This document shows positions 57,251-64,000 of a stretch of DNA of 64,000 nucleotides, in pieces. The notes beneath the pieces are model-generated. The model made no database searches, was not told the DNA's origin, and worked only from the letters and a program-made list of their open reading frames with translations. This DNA is from the human T2T-CHM13v2.0 reference genome, Homo sapiens: NCBI RefSeq assembly GCF_009914755.1, contig NC_060936.1; one strand, written 5' to 3'. Made by a program: the position numbers and the translations under genes. How positions within the stretch are numbered: the first letter of the stretch is position 1; every line of letters starts with the position of its first letter.

Positions 57251-57623
57251 GTTGATCAGTTTCCAGAACACGTCCAGAGATGTGTCTGTTCTTGAAGCAC
57301 AGTCCTGAAGTCACATTTCTTCCAGATGCTAAATACTTGAGCTCTGTGTTCTGTGCTCATTATGCAAAATGGTCACCTTCAGGAGAGAAAAATAGCTTTT
57401 CTGGTGAGGTGTTTTTGGCAGCTTCACCTAGGTGACAATGCTACTCTCCACCCCAGAGGGTTGGAAAACAATAGTGAGGTGTGCATAGTCAACAGTCCCA
57501 TCTGATGGGCTCCAGTTTGGGTTAATGATTCCCTGGCACAGTCCAAGGGCTCTGGCACTGCCCCTAGCAAGCGCACAGAGACCAGGAGTCCACTGGAGTG
57601 GCCATTTCCCAGTGATTCTAGAC

Positions 57624-57949
57624 CTTCCCTGTCCAGTGCAGTAGCCAAGTGTACTTGTGAACCCTTGAAATGAGGCTAGTCCAAACTGCGATGAGCTGTA
57701 AGTATGAAATACCAGATTTTGAAAGCATAGTATGAAAAAAAGTAAAAAAAAAAAATCACATGAATAATTTACATAGTGATTACATGTTCAAATGATAATA
57801 TTTTTGTTTTATTTGGTTTAATAAAATGTTATTAAAATTAATTTCTTCTGCTTCTGTTTTCCTCTGTAATGTGGTTACTAGGAAATATACTATTATATTT
57901 AGCCCATATTTGAGGCTTGCATTCTATTTCTATTAGACAGTGGCGGCTG
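57624..57949. mobile_element. MER33 (hAT-Charlie)
   Basis: tgaaatgaggctagtccaaactg...gattacatgttcaaatgataata; 8-bp NTCTAGAC TSD at 57616-57623 and 57950-57957. Confidence 0.88.
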
Positions 57950-58314
57950 GTCTAGACCGTGCTAACTGCTGTCAGCCGGACTTTGGAGATGAAAGAGGTC
58001 AGATAATAAAGGACATTATCAGAGCTCTGGCTTTATACATGGCAACTTTGCGTGAATTAGAAAAAGCTGATGCTTCTGCGCAGACCAAGAAGGAGACAAT
58101 ACCCCATCTTCCAGGAAGATCTAGCCACCAGCCAGGGTGCCCCACTTGGCAAATGGACATGGGGCATAGTTCATCCCCACTAGCTAGGAGCTTTTATGAA
58201 GGCCACAGTCTGCATAGCAGCTTGCAGCTCAGGACTAATTTGTCCCCGCTGCTCTGCTTTACAGCCGGAAGCAACGTCCATTTGGTTTGAGTGTCAGGGA
58301 AGCCAGATTTGAAG

Positions 58315-58562
58315 CAAGGTAGCGCAGTGGTTATGACTGCCACCTCTGGGACCAAACAAACATGCTTGAATCCAGTCTAGCTCCGAAAAGGTCCAGTCAA
58401 TCTTGGGCACTTTACCTACTTAAACTTTCTGGGTCTTCGTTTCTCCCTTCCTAAAGTAGCGAAGATGATAAGAAGGTCCTCCTGGGCTTAGTGAAAGGGT
58501 TAATTAATCGCTCCGGTTCCTGACACATAGTCATCACTCTGGAAATGTTTGCTGTTATTACA
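58315..58562 (+). mobile_element. MIR
   Basis: gcagtggtta...ttgaatcc...cttgggca...cctgacacatagt...aaatgtttgctgttatta. Confidence 0.7.
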
Positions 58563-59139
58563 ATGATGACCATCCTTGATTTAGCAAAGGAGGGTGGGCA
58601 TGAAGGTGTAAGGTATGCCCAGATGCCCTTGAAGAAGAAATTTCACTTCTGGCCTTGGAGGAACATCCATTGGTTGGAAAGCATCTTGTCTCTCCACAAG
58701 GTATGAAATACAGAGCATGTTTTCTGCTCACTGTTTTTAGGTAACTGTTTTATGTTTTTTATCTCACATCCAAGACAAGCACTGCCAGCCCATTCCACAA
58801 AGCGGGAGACTGAGAGTCAGGGAGTCCTTTCTCAAGGTTGGTGCAGCAGCTTAGAGGAAGGCACACCAAAGGCACGAAGAGAGGCTTTGGGGAACTGAAC
58901 TCGCCCCTGAGACTCTAGAGAATTCCCTGAGATCACTAGGGATGACTTAGAAAAATACTCCAGGGATGTGCTTTGCAAGCTCCTGTTCCCTCCAGGTTCT
59001 ATGGGGGCATTTCAGTGTCCTGAGAAGGTGTGAGTGGATGGTGGTTATTTGCTGATTTTACTTATTGGAATACTGGTAAGTCTAGTAAGGCATTTACTTT
59101 TTATGACAGTGACAAATATGATAATGAGATGAGGATGGT

Positions 59140-59530
59140 GATAATGAAGTTGCTGGTAACTCTTGTTTATTAAGCCTTCTTAAATTCCAGACACTGTCTT
59201 AAGCACTTTACACAGATTATCTCATTCACTTTACACAGATTATCTCATTGATACTTAAAATGATGAGTTTAATACTATTGGACTGAGCATTAAACTCAAT
59301 ACAATGTTTTTTTAGAAACTCATTTTATTATTAAAAACTCATTTTATTAGTAAACATTAATACAATGTTCACTATGAAAACATCGATACAATGTTTACTA
59401 TGAAAACATTGATGCCAAATCAGAGGAAGTTCTGTGATCATTCCCATTTTACAGCTGAGAAAACTGAGGCTTTACAGGTTGCATATCTTGTTTTGGTGAT
59501 GCAGATGATTCATGCTTCAGCATTCATGCT
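59140..59530 (-). mobile_element. MIR with an internal micro-repeat insert
   Basis: ccagacactgtcttaagcactttaca...attcccattttacagctgagaaaactgaggct. Confidence 0.8.
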
Positions 59531-60354
59531 TAACTAGGGCTGTTTAACTGGGTACAGCAGGAGGTAACACAGGCATTTGGCAGAGAGTAAAGACCCAGGC
59601 ATTGTAACCCATCATTACTTCCAATTCATTTGAATAAAAGACTCCACAGTTATCACTCAAAATGATTGCCTGGGTCATGGTTTTTCTTCTCAAGTTTCAG
59701 CCTTGGGATGGACATGTGTCCTGTTCAGTGGTTGTTCTCACCCAAAACCTAAGGCTGCCACTGACAACGCCTTGAAGCTGTGGCTTGTTTCATCGAGGCG
59801 TGCTGCCATGGAAGCTTCAGTCCTGTTGTGCACACGTTTTGGTTCCTCATTTGTTCCTATTTTGGAGACCCTCATATATGAGCCTAAATTAGTATATGCA
59901 TCATGATATATCTGCCACAGCGTTTCCCTGGCTAGAAATCCATCCCAAACATTAGTATGGGTTTAAAAGCAAGAGTTGGGCTCTAGGCCCTTGTTTATTG
60001 CTGATGGATCTTGCATTTCTTGAAAGTCTTCCCTTTTTGCACTAAATTTTTCTGCCTTTCCATATCTGCCAGAGTCCTCTGCACCTGCTTATCGTACACC
60101 ATTTCATGGAACAAATCCACTGTTGACTTCCTGGGGGCCTGAGCTTAGATGGGCAGATGCCCTGGCCAGCAAGCCCCCTGCCAGTCTTAGGGCTCAGGTG
60201 TGCAGGGAGATCCACACCTTCCTGCAGTAAGAATCTGGTACATGCACGGGGCTGCCTGGTTTCCTCTGAGCAACAGTCATAGGTGTGTTAGACTATTGCA
60301 GGTGACCTAAAGATGCCTTAACATAGCATAAGCATAACCAGAAAATGTTCCTGT

Positions 60355-60800
60355 ATGGGACAACATCCTAGCAAGAAACAGAATTTACCCAGGGTGGTCA
60401 ATTGAAGGATCTATTGACTGAGTCATTGGCAGGGTTAAAGGAACAAACAAGATGTTTCAAGGTACCCAGGGACCAGCAGCAAAGCAAAGGTGAAGAGGCA
60501 AGGAGAGTAGTGTTTCTAGAGCCCAGTGAGAGTGGGGCCTCAGGAAAGGGGTCAAGCAGGACGGAGGTAGAGATGCAGAGGGAAGTGGCCACCACCAGAG
60601 GCACAGCACCAAGAAAAGGGGGAACTTGGAAAGGCACCCTGACCTCTCTCCTCCAACCTTCTGATCTCCTAACTTGACTCTAAGCCAGTGTGAGAGGGAG
60701 TGCAGATGGTGCATCTGTAAGAGTCATCTTCCCAAGGCTCAGAGAAAGGCAGTGTGGATCGAGGTGGAGTGGGGAGGCTCAGTGAAGAATTTCCAGCACA
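60355..60800 (-). mobile_element. Ancient LTR fragment (family uncertain)
   Basis: gcagggttaaaggaac...ccctgacctctctc...cttctgatctcc...ccagcaca end. Confidence 0.5.
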
Positions 60801-60867
60801 GCTCCTAAAACTGGCAAACAGTTTCCCATTTATTCATAGAATTCAACTTATCCTGCACGGCACCAGA

Positions 60868-61035
60868 ATAATAGCAGCTACCCCTGAGGAGCTCACTATG
60901 CCCCAGACATTGTTCTAAGGACTCATGTACTAACTCATTTAATTCTCAGAACCACCCTTTGAGGTAAGTCTTATTACTGCCCTTGTGCCAATAGAAGTGG
61001 TGAAGCAGGGCTTTCAATCCAGGTGCCTGGCTCTA
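60868..61035 (-). mobile_element. MIR (internally deleted)
   Basis: actatgccccagacattgttctaag...aactcatttaattctca...gaggtaag. Confidence 0.75.
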
Positions 61036-61541
61036 GAATCATCGCAGGTCTAACCAGCATGCACAGGAGCCTCGTCTAACATGGATGGGATGTTAGCCGC
61101 ATCTAACATCCTAACATAGTAGGATGGGATTTAAAGGGAAGGGGTTTCTGGGGGCCAAGGATTGTGTTCTCATGTGAACAGAAGGTGCATTGGTGTGTGG
61201 ATAGTGTTGCCTGACCTACTTAAAATCTATTTTCCCTTTTTCTCATAGCAGCACATGGATTTTTCTGGGGGAATTATTTCTTTTTAATTCTCTGTCAATG
61301 TAAGTCAAGTGCAACTGACTTCCATCTTGGCTCCAGGAAGGCATATGACCCACGCCTGTCCAATCAAAGCATCCATCTTCCTCACCAAAGTGATTGGTTC
61401 CAAGATGGGCATGTAACATAAATCAGACCAATCAGAGCCAACAGACTCATCTTGGGGCTTCTGTTGGCTCTGTTGAGGGAGAAGCATACTCTTTGCATTG
61501 GAAATGTTGAGGCTTCCAACTGCTGGAAGTCATCTTTTTGT

Positions 61542-61879
61542 TGTTGTTGTTATTTATGTATGTATATGTGTATGTATGTATTTATTCATTTTTGAGACTA
61601 GGCCTTACTGTTGCCTAGGCTGGAATGCAGTGGCACAATCGCAGCTCACTGCAGACTCAACCTCCTGGGCCCAAGCAATCCTTCTGTCTCAACCTCCTGA
61701 GTAGCTGAAACTAAAGGCACATGTCACCATGCTGTGCTAACATATTTTTAAAATTTTTTTATAGAGACAGGGTCTTGCTGTGTTGCCCAGGTTGGTCTCA
61801 AACTCTTGGCCTCAGGTTATCCTCACTTCTCAGCCTCCCAAAGCACCAGGATTACAGACATGAGCCACTGCACCCAGCC
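61542..61879 (-). mobile_element. AluJ
   Basis: gcagactcaacctcctgggcccaagcaatcc; TSD tctttttgt. Confidence 0.9.
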
Positions 61880-61889
61880 TCTTTTTGTC

Positions 61890-62110
61890 ATGTAAACAAC
61901 TTTATTGAAGTATGATTTATGTACTGTAAAATTCACCCATTAAGTGTACAATTCAGTGACATTTAGTCACTTTGCAGAGTTGTGCAGTCATCACCATGAC
62001 TTCAGTCTTACGATCTGCATCACCCCAATAAGATCTCTTATGCCTCTTTAGAGTTAATCTTCAGTGCCATCCTCAGTCCAGGCAACCACTAATAAACTTT
62101 GCTTCTCTCA
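61890..62110 (-). mobile_element. L1MB/MC 3' end fragment
   Basis: aactttattgaagtatgattta...aaaattcaccc...aagtgtacaattcagtg...ccaggcaaccactaat. Confidence 0.8.
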
Positions 62111-63019
62111 ATTGCTGGCTGCCATCTTGCCCCCATGAAGGGAGGTCCTGTCTGAGAATGGAGTAAGTCAGTCTGAGAGATGGAGAGAAACCAAGTCCTA
62201 TGACATTGAGTCCGTGGAGTTAGCCATTGCTGAATCTTAGCTTTTTACAACAGCTACCACAAGATCCTTACCTTTAAAATTATGTGCGTGTGTCTGTGTG
62301 TGTGCGCATCTGTGAGTTAGTTTCAGTGAGGTTTTCTGCCTCATGTAACTGGAAGTATTCTGACTTACATCTACAAATTATAAATCATACCCTAGAGTGA
62401 CATGGACAGAGAAAGACAGAGACAGACAGAGTGACTGAAAGCACAAGATGAAATAAACGTAAGAGAGAGAACAAAAGCTACGTTTTCCAGTGACAAAGCT
62501 GGATATAATATATAGAAGTGGTCTTTCTTAGCTAAATTGGGGATGTCTTTACCACTACTTTGCACAATAAGCATTTGAATGCTTATTAATTACTCATATG
62601 CTGTCTAGTTCCAAAAAGAAGACTTATCAAGATGCTGACAAGATATATTCCTAGATTAAGTAAGTTAACACAAGAAAAATGAGGCCAAGGGGAAATGTGG
62701 GCTGAGAGAGAAGTTGGAACTGAAAGAAAGCTTTGTAAACAGAAAGCTGAACCTGAGGACTTGTATACAACCCCCGAGATTGATGACAGCCAAATTCTAG
62801 GCTTTATCGTAACCAGAGTGAGAGGGAAACATGCTTACGTTCTAGAAACCTGGAGTTTGTACGTTTAAAACCAAGTAGGTGCTGAATTTCTCTGTTGAGC
62901 CACTCCATAGTGGAATTCATTAGCAGCAATTTTATAGGGGCTGATATGACACATTCAGAAGCATCCAGTGCTGGATTTCAGTTCAAAGAGCATGTGCTTT
63001 TTGCCCATTACAAAGGATA

Positions 63020-63530
63020 TTAGACCAGTCAGGACTGCTTTTGGAGACAAGTAATGGTGTGTCATGCAATAAACACATATAATTGCCTTTAACAGCACAA
63101 GCTATCGGAGGAGGAACTCAGGCAGGGCTCTACAACGTCCTCAGGAACCCACATTCTTTCTATCTCTCTGCTTGGTTTAACTCAGCTGTTTTGTCCTCTT
63201 CCCACAGGATCAAAAAATCATTTCTACCTCTTCAGGCATCATACTCTTGGTCAAGAAAGGAAGGAGTGGAGCTGGTCCTCTCTGTCCTTTCTTGTCAAGG
63301 AAGGAAAAGCTTTCCACCAAAACAGATATCCCCCTAATTGTAATTGGCCAGAATTGGATTGCCTCTACCTTCAAGGTAGCCTGAGAAAGAGAGAAAGTGT
63401 TCAGAGGGAATGGGATTCCTGGCTGACAGGCCAATTATCATTGCCTTGCTGAATTCAACAAAACCAAGTTCACTTTGCAGGGGAGAAAGAGAGAATGAAT
63501 ATTGGGTAAGAGCTAGTAATGTTTGCCAAA
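63020..63530 (-). mobile_element. Ancient ERVL/MaLR LTR (LTR33/MLT1J-like)
   Basis: ttctttctatctctctgct...attggccagaat...gaatgaatattgggta...tttgcca. Confidence 0.6.
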
Positions 63531-64000
63531 GGAAAGGTGATGATTGGGACCAATTCCTCGTTGGTGGCTCACCTCTCCCATGCGTAGCGTAGTGGGATGT
63601 TCAGTGGACCGTGGGGCACAGAAGGTCAGCACCAGGCACCACTGGGTGATCCAGGAAGATCTCATGTTGTTGACTGCTAAGCCAGATCTTAGAGGATACG
63701 AAAGGATTCCTTTGGGGGATGGGGAAGGAGGTAGGAAGCACTCAGCAGATAGAGGCATGAGTGAACACCGGTAGGTCTGAATTTGTTCAGGGTTTTGGAG
63801 GAAGCTCAAGCAGTTCACTGTGAAAACATCCTAACACGAGCATCAGGGAGATGCAGGGGCAAGGCCAGAGATGGCCTTGCGTGCTGCACTTCAGCTTAGA
63901 TTCCATTCCTGCAGCAGCTGCCTGCATCCCCTGGCTTCAGTCAGGCGAGTAGTGGGATTTAAAACATGGGCCACCCAGCCTGGACCCTGGCTTAAGATCC

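Larger units (their letters stand above)
61190..62385 (+). mobile_element. MLT1K/L-type LTR split by AluJ and an L1 fragment
   Basis: gccaatcaaagcat-like motif, gtgattggttccaagatgggcatg, ccaatcagag; resumes at gccatcttg...ctgagaatggag. Confidence 0.7.

Overview
Primate, almost certainly human, non-coding genomic DNA. The evidence is AluJ/S/Y elements, THE1/MST/MLT LTRs, L1PA/PB/M, L2, MIR and MER/Tigger/MADE1 fossils. I see no credible protein-coding exon, tRNA, rRNA or snRNA. The ORF-track entries are Alu-, L1-, LTR- or simple-repeat-derived, or short chance ORFs. A large part of the window is interspersed repeat, including a nested antisense L1 stack (33.6-38.6 kb) and an MLT2 LTR hosting two younger MaLR LTRs (41.3-42.6 kb). 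Unique blocks between the repeats look regulatory: homeodomain-site clusters, CpG-retaining patches, a PBX-HOX+MEIS-like composite, and a GC-box/Inr-like element near 54.3 kb. I cannot place the locus from sequence alone. I find no new multi-gene biological system. The best leads are candidate enhancers, TE-borne SETMAR and DUX4 sites, a unique 42-nt palindrome, and several template-switch scars. Repeat subfamily names come from remembered consensus sequences and need RepeatMasker/Dfam confirmation. Boundaries without a stated TSD are approximate.
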